From Planctomycetota bacterium (GTDB lineage: Bacteria; Planctomycetota; B15-G4; JADJEK01): DNA of 64,000 nucleotides. The notes below the pieces were generated by a model. That model made no database searches, had not been told where the DNA came from, and saw only the letters and a list, made by a program, of their open reading frames with translations. How positions within the stretch are numbered: position 1 is the first letter of the stretch; every line of letters starts with the position of its first letter. The translations under genes were made by a program, and so were the position numbers. Positions 26,855 to 36,544 of this stretch are shown here, piece after piece. Location of the stretch: the NCBI GenBank assembly GCA_044225365.1, contig JBGAIQ010000003.1:128001-192000 (forward strand), written 5' to 3'.

Positions 26855-27670
26855 TTGGATACGGGAGAGGCGATGAGGGTTCGAAGACGAAGCCGATATG
26901 CGATGGTGGCTCGGGGATTCACGATCCTCCTGCTCGCCCTCAATCTCTACGCCCTCTCCCGGCATCCCGAGATGCTCGCGGCGCTGTGGACGCGCGAGAA
27001 CGCCAACGCGACGCTGGTCGAAGCGAACGACGAGCCCGATGTCTACATCTCTCCGGCCTCGATCGAGAGCGACGTCGGCGACGTGCTCGCCACGTCGGCT
27101 CTGCAGTTCCAGGCGTTCACGATCCGAATGAAGCGCCCCTGCAAGCGCTACTCGATCTCGTACGAATGGTATTGCGAGGACAAGCCGCTCTTCGAGCAGT
27201 CCATCACGGACGGCTGGGGTCCGAAGGCGTTCGAGCGACTCGTCTTCGAGTTTCCGGAGATCCCCGAGGGCGACCCGCGACGGGAATTGCCGTTGCGAGT
27301 CGGGATGCGATACGCCGCGACTTCCGAGATCGATCCGATTCAGCGCGCGGTGTTCGATGCTCAACACTCGGGAAAGCCCCTGCCCACCAACGTTCGATCG
27401 AGCGCGTTCGCGAGCACTGCGATGCGGCTTCGCCTCCCTGCCGAACTGACCCTGCCCGACGGAATGACGAACAAACAATGCGGCACCGTGACGATCCAAG
27501 ACGCGCAGGACGTCGTCGATGTCGCGCTCTACACGTACACCTGCGCCGAGGGATCACTTCATTTCGGTCCAGGTATCGTGCCCAGCGGCGAGGGAAGCAT
27601 CAGTCTCGTCCTCCGTCTCCGCCTCGACTTCGAGCCGGCGGCCGCCGGTTCCGCGGCCAGCGAGAAGTAA
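26855..27670 (+). CDS. Hypothetical membrane-anchored protein; start uncertain
   Basis: Long ORF with natural composition and one N-terminal TM. Confidence 0.6.
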   Translation: MDTGEAMRVRRRSRYAMVARGFTILLLALNLYALSRHPEMLAALWTRENANATLVEANDEPDVYISPASIESDVGDVLATSALQFQAFTIRMKRPCKRYSISYEWYCEDKPLFEQSITDGWGPKAFERLVFEFPEIPEGDPRRELPLRVGMRYAATSEIDPIQRAVFDAQHSGKPLPTNVRSSAFASTAMRLRLPAELTLPDGMTNKQCGTVTIQDAQDVVDVALYTYTCAEGSLHFGPGIVPSGEGSISLVLRLRLDFEPAAAGSAASEK

Positions 27671-27850
27671 CGATCTCACGGGGTGGACCGACGAACTCTG
27701 AGGCATAGTGGCAGACGAACGAGCCTGTCCTCGGCGCCGTCCACGCAATCTTCAAAGTCCGCTTCCAGCCCAGTCGACACGCCGGCGTTTCCTGTTCGAC
27801 CTCGCGTCGAACTCGGTAGGATGACGCTTTCCGCCGATTCGGAGGCCGCC

Positions 27851-28357
27851 ATGAACGCCAAGGGATTCCGTGCTCTCGTCGTGCTCGCTGCGCTGGGCGC
27901 CGCGTTCTTCTGGCTGAACCAGACGGCGACGTCGCGCGCGGTCGCGATCGCCAAGACGCACCTCGGAGTGCCGGCGAACCGCATGCTCTTCCTGCGCACG
28001 AGCGTCGCCGACGGCGCCGCGGCCTACCTGACCTACGACGGTGGCGTGCATCAGTTCATCGTGCCGACGGGCAAGGCGTTCATCGTCACCGACGTGCGCA
28101 TCAACACGACCGACATCGGCAACGTGAATGCGAACACGCAAGTCACGATCGATTTCGGCGGACGCAGCTACGTCGCGCAGTTCAAGGGATTCGACACCTT
28201 CCGCGATCACTTCGAGGGCGGCATCGCGGTGCCGGCCGTGCAGAAGATCCACGTGACGAATCAGGGCTTCTCGTCCGACACCGTGAGCGTGGAGGTCGAG
28301 GGATACCTCGTCAACGGCGAGGGCCTCGCGATCAACGAAGTGCCGTTCGGCGGCTGA
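27851..28357 (+). CDS. Hypothetical exported beta-rich protein
   Basis: GGAGG SD; signal/TM segment; VPTGKAFIVTD..EGYLV. Confidence 0.75.
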   Translation: MNAKGFRALVVLAALGAAFFWLNQTATSRAVAIAKTHLGVPANRMLFLRTSVADGAAAYLTYDGGVHQFIVPTGKAFIVTDVRINTTDIGNVNANTQVTIDFGGRSYVAQFKGFDTFRDHFEGGIAVPAVQKIHVTNQGFSSDTVSVEVEGYLVNGEGLAINEVPFGG

Positions 28358-28369
28358 CGGGGCATAAGT

Positions 28370-29350
28370 TCAACGATCGAGGCGGGCGCGCGGATCGTCG
28401 AACCCAGTATCGTTCCACACCTCGCGCACCACGCGGACGATTCCCGCCGTCGTCGCGGCGCGCTCCTGCGCATTCGTCATCCTCCGCGCCGTGCGCCACC
28501 ACTCTTCGAGCGCGCGCCACGCGGTCATGAGCTTGGCGAGGAGGTAGCCGAACTCGCCGTTTCGCCGCTGGAAGTAGCGCGCGCGGTTCTTGTGCCACTC
28601 GAGCGCGAACTCGCCGTAGCGCGACGTCGATGCGCCGCCGTGATGGCGGATGCGCGCCTCCTCGAGGTAGTGGATCGCGTAGCCATGCGAGTGGAGACGC
28701 ACGCAGAGCTCGACGTCGTTGAAGAACAAGAAGAGATCGGGATCGAGGAGTCCGACCTGATCGAGCGCGGCTTTGCGCAGGAGCAGCGCGGCGCCGGGCG
28801 GCTGCTCGACGTCCCGCGAGTGATCGTGGTCGAAATCGCGATAGAAGTAGTGGTCGATGCGGCCCTTCAACGGTCCCTGCTTACCGAACCACGTATCGAA
28901 TCCGATGCACTCGAGGAGGCCGGGAAAGCGCATGCAGGCGCGCTGCAACGTCCCGTCCGGATTCAGCAGCTTGGCGCCCACTGCGCCGTGGTCGGGATGA
29001 CTCCGTAAGAAGTCGACAAGACGATCGAGCGCTCCGGGCTCGACTTCGGTGTCGCTGTTGAGGAGCAGGACGAAGTCACCGCGCGCGGCGCGGATGCCGA
29101 TGTTGTTGCCTTCGGCGTACCCGACGTTCTTGGCATTGCGCACGAGGCGAACTTCCGGGAACTCGCGCGCCACCATGTCGGGACTGTCGTCGCGCGTCGA
29201 GTCATTGTCGACGACGATCACCTCGCGTGCGTGACGGGGCTCGTCGGCGCGCAGGCTCGCGAGGCATGCCCGCAGCAGATCGCGCGTGTTCCACGACAGG
29301 ACGACGACCGAGAGTTCGGGCTTGCCCGGACGATCCGCGTGTGCGCTCAT
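28370..29350 (-). CDS. Glycosyltransferase family 2 (WbbL/RfbF-like)
   Basis: SVVVLSWN, VVDN, GYAEGNN, LLNSD, FFNDVELC, HHGGAS. Confidence 0.9.
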   Translation of the reverse strand: MSAHADRPGKPELSVVVLSWNTRDLLRACLASLRADEPRHAREVIVVDNDSTRDDSPDMVAREFPEVRLVRNAKNVGYAEGNNIGIRAARGDFVLLLNSDTEVEPGALDRLVDFLRSHPDHGAVGAKLLNPDGTLQRACMRFPGLLECIGFDTWFGKQGPLKGRIDHYFYRDFDHDHSRDVEQPPGAALLLRKAALDQVGLLDPDLFLFFNDVELCVRLHSHGYAIHYLEEARIRHHGGASTSRYGEFALEWHKNRARYFQRRNGEFGYLLAKLMTAWRALEEWWRTARRMTNAQERAATTAGIVRVVREVWNDTGFDDPRARLDR

Positions 29351-30540
29351 CTCGACCCTCGGAGCTCGAGGTATCGCTCGAACGGAACCGGCCCAAGGGA
29401 GTGGCTCGCCTTCTCGAACGTGACGTAGGCGAGGATCTCGAGCGTCTTGGGATCGAGGAGCCGCACGTACCAGCGCGTCGCCTCGAGCATGCTCCAGCCG
29501 GTCGCGCCGATCGTCGCACTCGTGCCGCGGCCGAGGTGTCCGCCGCAGAACAGAAACGCGGGGTCCGTCGCGATCTCCATCACGTAGTCGCGCTCGCTCT
29601 GCCATGGAGTTGCGGGGATGTCGGGCGGCGAATCGATGCGGCCGAGATCGGTGACCTCGGCGAAGCGCCACCCCTGGCTCTTCGCCGCGCGTTTGCTGGC
29701 ATACGTGTTGGCGAGCGAGAAGAGCTTCGCGCCGAGACCACCCCAGTGCTTCTCGTAGTAGTAGGCGCGTGAGATGTCGTACTTCTTCATCACTTCGACC
29801 CGCGCCGACTTGGCGCTCTGATCGAAGAAATGCACCATCTCCGCGCGCGGCTCGAGCACGACGCGAAATCCCGCTCGCTTCACGCGACGGCAGAGATCGG
29901 CATCCTCGAAGTAGAACGGGAAGTGCGGATCGAACGGTCCGAGACGGCGCGCAACCGCGGCGCGGAAGAACATCGCGAAGCCCGAGATCATCGCCATGTC
30001 GATGGCGCTCGGCGCCGTCCATGCCGCGAGGAAGCGAGTCGATCGATCGTGGGCCGACGCCTTCGCGATCGACGGATGCACTCGTCCGAGCGATTCGCGC
30101 ACGTGGAGTCCGAGTGAGGGCAGATCGTTCGGCGGCAGCAGGATGAACTTGCCCGCGTCGAGATAACCCCGCGGCCCGGCGACGCCGATCCGCGGATCGC
30201 AGCGCAGCAGCTTCGTGAGCGCGTCGAGTGCGCCTTCGAGCACCAGGATGTCGGGATTCGCGAGGAGCACGAATTCGGCGTCGATCCGATTCATGCCGAG
30301 GTTCATGCCGCGGCCGTAGCCGATGTTGTCCTTGCCGTACACGACGTCGACTCCGAGTTCGCGCAGCGAATCGAGCTCCGCGTGCTGATCGGTGGGCGAA
30401 GCATTGTCGACGACGACGATCTGCAGCGAGCCCTGTCCGCCGTCGCGCCCCTCGAACTCCTGGGCCCGCAGGCTCCGCACCGCGGAGGCGGCGAGCCATC
30501 CCGAGTTGTAGTTGACGAGGACGACGCCGACGTCGTGCAC
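29347..30540 (-). CDS. Glycosyltransferase family 2 with C-terminal extension
   Basis: VVLVNYN, VVDNAS, NIGYGRGMN, LANPD, YFEDADLC; GTG start next to the wzt stop. Confidence 0.88.
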   Translation of the reverse strand: MHDVGVVLVNYNSGWLAASAVRSLRAQEFEGRDGGQGSLQIVVVDNASPTDQHAELDSLRELGVDVVYGKDNIGYGRGMNLGMNRIDAEFVLLANPDILVLEGALDALTKLLRCDPRIGVAGPRGYLDAGKFILLPPNDLPSLGLHVRESLGRVHPSIAKASAHDRSTRFLAAWTAPSAIDMAMISGFAMFFRAAVARRLGPFDPHFPFYFEDADLCRRVKRAGFRVVLEPRAEMVHFFDQSAKSARVEVMKKYDISRAYYYEKHWGGLGAKLFSLANTYASKRAAKSQGWRFAEVTDLGRIDSPPDIPATPWQSERDYVMEIATDPAFLFCGGHLGRGTSATIGATGWSMLEATRWYVRLLDPKTLEILAYVTFEKASHSLGPVPFERYLELRGSR

Positions 30541-30542
30541 GG

Positions 30543-31763
30543 TCAGAGGTCCCGAAAGGTCCAGCCGTGGTTCAGCTTGAGGACGCCGACGTTGCCCGGC
30601 TCGGGCTTGATGACGAGCGGCCGGTCGTAGAGGCGATGCTCGTAGATGTGGAGTCCGCTCTCGTCGTAGATGTACGCGTTCACCGAGAATTCGCCGTCGA
30701 GCAGGTCGAGCTGCGGAATGTCGATCAACGCCTCGTGCGTCTTGCCCGGCGTGCAGGGCACCTTCACGCCGTCGTGGCCCGAACTCGCGGCGGCGATGAG
30801 CACGTTGTCGGAGCGCCAGATCGCGAAGCCGACGTTGATCGGACGCTTCCACTCGAGCGGAACCGTGTAGTGGATTCGGACTCTCAGTTTCGCACCGGTC
30901 GAGATCACGGAGACGGGAGTACCGTCGACCCCGAGCATCTCGACGAGATCGATCTTCGGAGGATGCTCCACGTTGGCCATCGTCGCGCCGCCCTTCAGCG
31001 CGCTCGAATCGTGGATCAGGCTGCGTTCGTAGTTCGCGTAATCAGCCGTGATCTCGAGCGGCGAGCCCATGCGCTCGACCTTGCCCTGCTTCACCCAGAT
31101 CACTTCGTCGCAGATCTGGCGCACGTCGTACATCGAGTGCGAACAGAAGATGATCGTCTTGCCGCGCTCGCGGAAGTCGAAGATGCGATCGATGCACTTC
31201 TTCTGGAAGTGCATGTCGCCGACGGCGAGGATCTCATCGATGATCAAGACGTCGGGATCGATCGCCGTCGCGACCGAGAATCCGAGGCGCATGATCATGC
31301 CCGACGAATAGGTTCGGACCGGTTGATCGATGAAGTGGCCGAGCTCGGTGAACTCGATGATCTGATCGAGCTTCTCCGCCGTCTCGCGGCGCGAGAAGCC
31401 CATGACCGATGCGTTGAGGAAGATGTTGTCGCGGCCCGTGAACTCGCTGTGGAAGCCGGTGCCGAGTTCGAGGAGCGAAGCGACCTTGCCGTGGATCTTG
31501 AACTCGCCCTCCGACGGCAGCGTCGTGCCGGAGAGGATCTTGAGCAGCGTCGATTTGCCGGCGCCGTTGCTGCCGACGATACCGAGCGCGCGCCCCTGCT
31601 GGATCTCGAAGTCGACGCCGCGCAGGGCCCAGACGGCCTTGTGATAGTCCTTCTTGCCGAAGGCGAGCCCTTCCTTGATGCGGGCGAAGGGCGTGTCGTA
31701 GATCTTGTACTTCTTGCCGATGCCGCGGGCGATCACGGCATTGCCATTCGAATCAGAGCTCAT
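30543..31763 (-). CDS. wzt: Polysaccharide ABC exporter ATP-binding subunit with Wzt C-terminal domain
   Basis: GSNGAGKST, YSSGMIMRL, DEILAVGD..FQKKC; C-terminal Ig-like domain. Confidence 0.92.
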   Translation of the reverse strand: MSSDSNGNAVIARGIGKKYKIYDTPFARIKEGLAFGKKDYHKAVWALRGVDFEIQQGRALGIVGSNGAGKSTLLKILSGTTLPSEGEFKIHGKVASLLELGTGFHSEFTGRDNIFLNASVMGFSRRETAEKLDQIIEFTELGHFIDQPVRTYSSGMIMRLGFSVATAIDPDVLIIDEILAVGDMHFQKKCIDRIFDFRERGKTIIFCSHSMYDVRQICDEVIWVKQGKVERMGSPLEITADYANYERSLIHDSSALKGGATMANVEHPPKIDLVEMLGVDGTPVSVISTGAKLRVRIHYTVPLEWKRPINVGFAIWRSDNVLIAAASSGHDGVKVPCTPGKTHEALIDIPQLDLLDGEFSVNAYIYDESGLHIYEHRLYDRPLVIKPEPGNVGVLKLNHGWTFRDL

Positions 31764-32604
31764 CGGCGAACCTCCCCTTCGTGCGCAGGTAGAAGGCGTA
31801 GCCGGGGAGGAAGGTGACGATCGCCATGGCGCCGAACACGATCGCGGACACGAAGGGCGAGACATGCCCGTCGAGGCTCATGTCGTTCGGGTAGACGAGC
31901 GCGAAGCGGTAGAGCTCCATCAAGTGGTAGATCGGATTGATCTGGATGAGCCACGCCTTCTCACCAAGGCTGTCAGTGATGAGCGAGGCCTGATACACGA
32001 TCGGCGTCGCGAAGAACCAGAGCTGCAGGATGAGCCCGATGATCTGCGCCGTGTCGCGGATGAAGATGTTGAGCGCGCCGAGCAGGAGCCCGAGGCCGAG
32101 CGTGAAGATCACCTGCAGCGGGATCGCGACGAGGAGGAGCCACCACGCGTGCGGAAGCCCGCCGAAGAACAGGAATTTCGCGACGATGAACAGCGCGAGC
32201 GCGATCATCTCGTACACGAGGCCGACGATCACCGCGTAGACGGGCAGGAGCTGCGACGGGAACGCGATCTTCTTGACGAGATTCCCGTTCTCGAGGACCA
32301 CTCCGGTGCATCGCAGCAGCGACTCGGAGAAGCAGATCCAGGGCACGATCCCGGAGATGATGTAGAGCCCCATCGTGCTCTCGTCGCCGACTTGGCGACC
32401 CTGCATCATCATCCGCTGCTTCATGATCACGGCGAAGACGTAGTAGTACACCGCGAACAGGATCAGCGGGTTGAGGAGCGGCCACAACCGGCCGAGCAGG
32501 GAGCCCTCGTAGCGGGCCTTCAGATCACGCCACACGAACGACCCGAGGAGGTCGCGATGGCGAACCATCAGGAGGGGCAGTTTCAGGAGTTCGGTGAATC
32601 TCAC
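31753..32604 (-). CDS. wzm: Polysaccharide ABC-2 permease
   Basis: RDLKARYEGS.LG..W..LNP, LVKKIAFP, RD..Q, TPIVY, NP. Confidence 0.92.
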   Translation of the reverse strand: MRFTELLKLPLLMVRHRDLLGSFVWRDLKARYEGSLLGRLWPLLNPLILFAVYYYVFAVIMKQRMMMQGRQVGDESTMGLYIISGIVPWICFSESLLRCTGVVLENGNLVKKIAFPSQLLPVYAVIVGLVYEMIALALFIVAKFLFFGGLPHAWWLLLVAIPLQVIFTLGLGLLLGALNIFIRDTAQIIGLILQLWFFATPIVYQASLITDSLGEKAWLIQINPIYHLMELYRFALVYPNDMSLDGHVSPFVSAIVFGAMAIVTFLPGYAFYLRTKGRFADEL

Positions 32605-32741
32605 GGCGGCGGTTCGCGGGAAGGCAGAGTGGGACCTCTGCGAAAACGAGCAAGTCTAGCAGGGACAACGATCTGCTCATTCGTTTTCGGTCGAACCGAC
32701 GTGAAGCTGTAATCAGGATGGCGCGGACAGGAAAGGCGTCG

Positions 32742-35270
32742 TCACCCCCGAACCGTGGTGGTCTCGCCCGGCTTCAGGGCCACCGAGATCCGGCGCAACT
32801 CCTTCTGGTCCTTGTAGAGGACGAAGGTCGTCGCGCGATCCGACACGATCACGACGCCCGAGCGCCCTGCCGTGAGGGTCTGACTGCTCGAGATCTTCGT
32901 CTCGCCCGATTGCTCGATCGTGAGATCGAGTGTCTTTCCCTGTTCGTCCTGCGCCGTGAAGTACGTCGCGGGATCGTTGGCCGGCAACTCGAGGAGGAAG
33001 TGACAACGCCGCTCCGCGACGATCTCGATCTCGCGCTCGCCCGCATCCGAGGGGATGGGGATCGCAATCGGCAGGATCGATTCGCTGCTCGCCGAGATCC
33101 GCGCTTCGAGCCGTGGCACGTCCGTGAGGACGAACCGCCCGTCCGCGCCGCTGTGCACCGTGCCGATCACGTTGTTGGAGGCGTTGACGCTTCCGAGGTA
33201 CGAAGCACGCCAGAACGTGACTTCGATCCCGACGAGCGCGTTCGCGATCGCATCGCCGTGGCGATCGACGATCCTGCCGCGAACCTTGTCGAAGCCGAGG
33301 TCCTTCGGCAGGTCGATCGTCGTGATCGGGCCGTCGGCAACGATCGGTGGCGTGCGATACGCGAATCCCCGGGTCGTGCTGACGATTCGCAGCACGTAGC
33401 TCTTGCGCGACAGACCGCGAAGTTCGAAGGAACCGCTCGCGTCCGTCTCGACGCTGTGACGGTATCCGCCGCTGAACTCCTCGGCGCTCAACATCTGGCC
33501 CTCGAAGAAGCCGAGGACGTCGAGTTCCGCCGTCTGCACGCTCACCTCGTTCGCGGGCGTTCCGTCGGCGTAGCGGACGATGCCGCGGATCGAAACCGAC
33601 GGGGGCCCCAGTTTCAAGGTCACGAAATCGCTCGGCGGATCGAGCGGCCATTTCATTTCGGCGGGAGTGGAGCCCTCGCGAATCGCCCGGATCGCTCCCG
33701 CCTTGTACGCCTGCTTCTTGTCGAGATCGAAGAACCCACGCTCGTCGGAGCGGTCGAACGCCATCCCGAGCATGACGCGCGCGCCTTCCACCGGTACGCC
33801 GAAGTCGTCGACGACCTGCCCGCGAACGCGGTCCTTGTCGCCCGCGGCCGGTCGTTCGAGGACGTACCGCAGAGTGCCGTCGGACGCCCCGGGCGCCTCC
33901 GTCACGAGCGTCGGATATCCGGTCGCCTCGACGATCATCCGCGATCCGGCGACGAGCGGCACCGAAACCAATGCGAATCGCCCGTCCTTGCCGGCCGTCG
34001 CGGAGATCCAGCTCTGGCGAGTGTTCTCGGTCGGCACGGGGATCGAGTCGCGGAACGTGCGCGGGATCTCGACCTGGAGCGACGCTCCGCCGATCGCCTC
34101 GCCGTCGTGGTCGACGACGTTGCCCGCGAGTTGGATTCGCGGCGCGAGCACGACGGCAGGGGCGATCTGCTGCGGCGCGACCTGGACGACGCCCTGGTAG
34201 AGCGTCGAGAACGCGGGATCGATTCCATCGACGACGCCCGCCGCCGACTTCGGGATCTCCGCGGCGAATCGACCCGCGGCGTCGGACTCGAACTTCACAG
34301 GGGGAGCGTCGTGCACGTTCGTCTGCTGGAACGCGAGCTGCGCACGCGGAAACGGCTTGCCCTGCACGTCGAAGACCTGACCCTCGAGACGCTTCGTCGC
34401 GACAGAGGCGGAAGGCTTCGGAGCTTCCGCGACGCGCTCGCCCGTCGGCACCGCGGCGCGTTCGGCGGGTGGGAGTTGCGGCGCCGATCCGCCCACGGTC
34501 GGCGGTTCGAGAATCGCGTCGGGCGCTCTCGCTGCGGTGGACTCATGGGCCGCGCCGCCGCTCCTCCCCATCGAATCGAACAGCACGTATCCCGCCGCTC
34601 CGACGAGCAACGCGACGACGACGAACACGACTTTCTGCTTCATGGCCATGGTGACGACTCCGGCGAGGGTCGACAGGAGGGCGGGCCCGAGAGTGGGCCG
34701 CGCGATCGCGATCAATGCCGGCAGGTACGTTCCACGATCTTGATTCGCCTGCGCGTCGAGCTTCGCAGCGAGCATCTCCTCCGCGCGGCGAAGGCGAGTC
34801 TTCACCGTCGCGACGGGGACGGACTCGTCCTGCGCGATCGCCGCCACCGAGTGATCCTCGTAGAAGCGCCGGAGCAGGACATCGCGATAGGGTGGAGGCA
34901 TTTCGAGAACGGCGTCGAGGATCACCCTGCGCAGTTCGAGCTGCTCGATCACTCCGCGCAGGGGCGAAGGTGCCGATGGATTCGCTCGACTCGCGTAGGC
35001 CGTCTCGCGCGCCCTGCGACGCGACTCACCACGGCGCATCTTGGAGATCACGTTCCGCAACGCGGTCGCCAGGAAGCCCCGACTCACAGGATTGCCGTCC
35101 TCCCGCGAATTCGTGCGGGAAGGCGGCGATCGTAGAACGGACAGCCAGGTCTCCTGGACCGCGTCCTCCGCGAGACTGGTGTCGCGCAGGAGGCGGCGCG
35201 AGAGATCGCGCAGCCAGCGGTCGTCCGCGTGCAGCAGCCGCGGGAGATCATGCGGTCTTGTCGATTCCAT
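32742..35270 (-). CDS. ECF sigma factor fused to TM helix and extracytoplasmic carboxypeptidase-regulatory-like (beta-sandwich) repeats
   Basis: AEDAVQETW (region 2); MPPPYRDVLLRRFYE..VATVKTRLRRA (region 4); TM VVFVVVALLVGAAGYVLF; repeated GxVxDxxGxP..T/SDxxGxF modules. Confidence 0.88.
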   Translation of the reverse strand: MESTRPHDLPRLLHADDRWLRDLSRRLLRDTSLAEDAVQETWLSVLRSPPSRTNSREDGNPVSRGFLATALRNVISKMRRGESRRRARETAYASRANPSAPSPLRGVIEQLELRRVILDAVLEMPPPYRDVLLRRFYEDHSVAAIAQDESVPVATVKTRLRRAEEMLAAKLDAQANQDRGTYLPALIAIARPTLGPALLSTLAGVVTMAMKQKVVFVVVALLVGAAGYVLFDSMGRSGGAAHESTAARAPDAILEPPTVGGSAPQLPPAERAAVPTGERVAEAPKPSASVATKRLEGQVFDVQGKPFPRAQLAFQQTNVHDAPPVKFESDAAGRFAAEIPKSAAGVVDGIDPAFSTLYQGVVQVAPQQIAPAVVLAPRIQLAGNVVDHDGEAIGGASLQVEIPRTFRDSIPVPTENTRQSWISATAGKDGRFALVSVPLVAGSRMIVEATGYPTLVTEAPGASDGTLRYVLERPAAGDKDRVRGQVVDDFGVPVEGARVMLGMAFDRSDERGFFDLDKKQAYKAGAIRAIREGSTPAEMKWPLDPPSDFVTLKLGPPSVSIRGIVRYADGTPANEVSVQTAELDVLGFFEGQMLSAEEFSGGYRHSVETDASGSFELRGLSRKSYVLRIVSTTRGFAYRTPPIVADGPITTIDLPKDLGFDKVRGRIVDRHGDAIANALVGIEVTFWRASYLGSVNASNNVIGTVHSGADGRFVLTDVPRLEARISASSESILPIAIPIPSDAGEREIEIVAERRCHFLLELPANDPATYFTAQDEQGKTLDLTIEQSGETKISSSQTLTAGRSGVVIVSDRATTFVLYKDQKELRRISVALKPGETTTVRG

Positions 35271-35384
35271 CACCGTAGGAAGCCCCACCGTTCGTTCCGA
35301 GGATTCAAGTTTTCTCGAGAATCCCGTGCGGACCATCCTACGTCGAACTCGCGGACATCGGCGCCGTGCGTTACGGTGCACCCG

Positions 35385-36527
35385 ATGTTCGCCTACCTCG
35401 ACAACGCCGCCACGACGCGGATCGATCCAAAGGTGCTCGCCGCGATGCGGCCGTGGCTCGAGGAGGATTTCGCCAATCCGTCGGCGGTCCATTCGATGGG
35501 CGTGAAGGCCCGCTGCGCGATCGAGGAAGCGCGCGAGCAGATCCAGAAGGCCGTGAAGCGCCGCGGTCGCGTGGTGTTCACGGGGTCGGGGACCGAGGCC
35601 AACAACCTCGCCGTGTTCGGCTTCTCCGACCGCAACGGCGATCTCCTCGTCGCATCCGCGGTCGAACATCCCTCGATCAAGAAGCCGCTCGCGGCACTTG
35701 CGGAACGACGCTCCTGCCAAGCGATCCTGGCGCCCGTCCAACGCGACGGCCGCCTCGATCTCCATTGTCTTTCCGAGATCCTCACCGAGAAGACCCTGCT
35801 CGTCGCGCTCATGAGCGTGCAGAACGAGATCGGCAGCATCCAGCCGATCATGGAGGCGGCGCGGATCGTCCGCAGCAAGGCGCCGCGCGCGCACTTCCAC
35901 GTCGACGCCATCCAGGCGCTCGGCAAGCTCGATCTCTCGGGCATCGCCGCCGCAGCGGACTCGCTCTCGCTCTCGTCGCACAAGATCCATGGACCGAAGG
36001 GCGTCGGCGCACTCGTCGTCTTCGCCACCCGCCCGATCAAACCGCAGATCCTCGGCGGCGGTCAGGAATCGGGCGCTCGGTCGGGCACGGAGAACGTACC
36101 GGGAATCGTCGGCTTCGCGGAAGCGACCCGCATTGCCGATTCGTCGCTCGGCGCGACGAAGGACCATCTTCGTCGGCTTCGAACCGCGCTCGAAGCCGCG
36201 ATCCGGGCGATTCCCGATTCACTCTTCCTGCCTTTGGAGCGCGCGGCGGGTCTCAAATCGGACGCGATCGTGACCTGCGCGTTCCGCGGCGTGCGCGGCG
36301 AAACGCTGCAACATGCCCTCGAGTCGCGAGGCGTCGTCGTCGGGACCGGTTCGGCGTGCAACGCCGCGAAGTCGGCGTTGTCCCCCACCTACGAAGCGAT
36401 GGATCTGCCCGAGTACGCCTCGCGCGGTGCGATCCGCATCAGCCTCTCGCGGCTCACCACGGAAGATGAGGTCGCACTCCTCGCGCGGGAGTTGCCCCCG
36501 ACACTCGAAAAACTGCGCGCCGAATAG
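35385..36527 (+). CDS. Cysteine desulfurase (IscS/NifS class; NifZ-like partner of ThiI)
   Basis: YLDNAATT, NPSAVH, SGTEANN, SSHKIHGPKG (PLP Lys), GSAC catalytic Cys. Confidence 0.93.
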   Translation: MFAYLDNAATTRIDPKVLAAMRPWLEEDFANPSAVHSMGVKARCAIEEAREQIQKAVKRRGRVVFTGSGTEANNLAVFGFSDRNGDLLVASAVEHPSIKKPLAALAERRSCQAILAPVQRDGRLDLHCLSEILTEKTLLVALMSVQNEIGSIQPIMEAARIVRSKAPRAHFHVDAIQALGKLDLSGIAAAADSLSLSSHKIHGPKGVGALVVFATRPIKPQILGGGQESGARSGTENVPGIVGFAEATRIADSSLGATKDHLRRLRTALEAAIRAIPDSLFLPLERAAGLKSDAIVTCAFRGVRGETLQHALESRGVVVGTGSACNAAKSALSPTYEAMDLPEYASRGAIRISLSRLTTEDEVALLARELPPTLEKLRAE

Positions 36528-36544
36528 AACCCGAAGGACCACCC

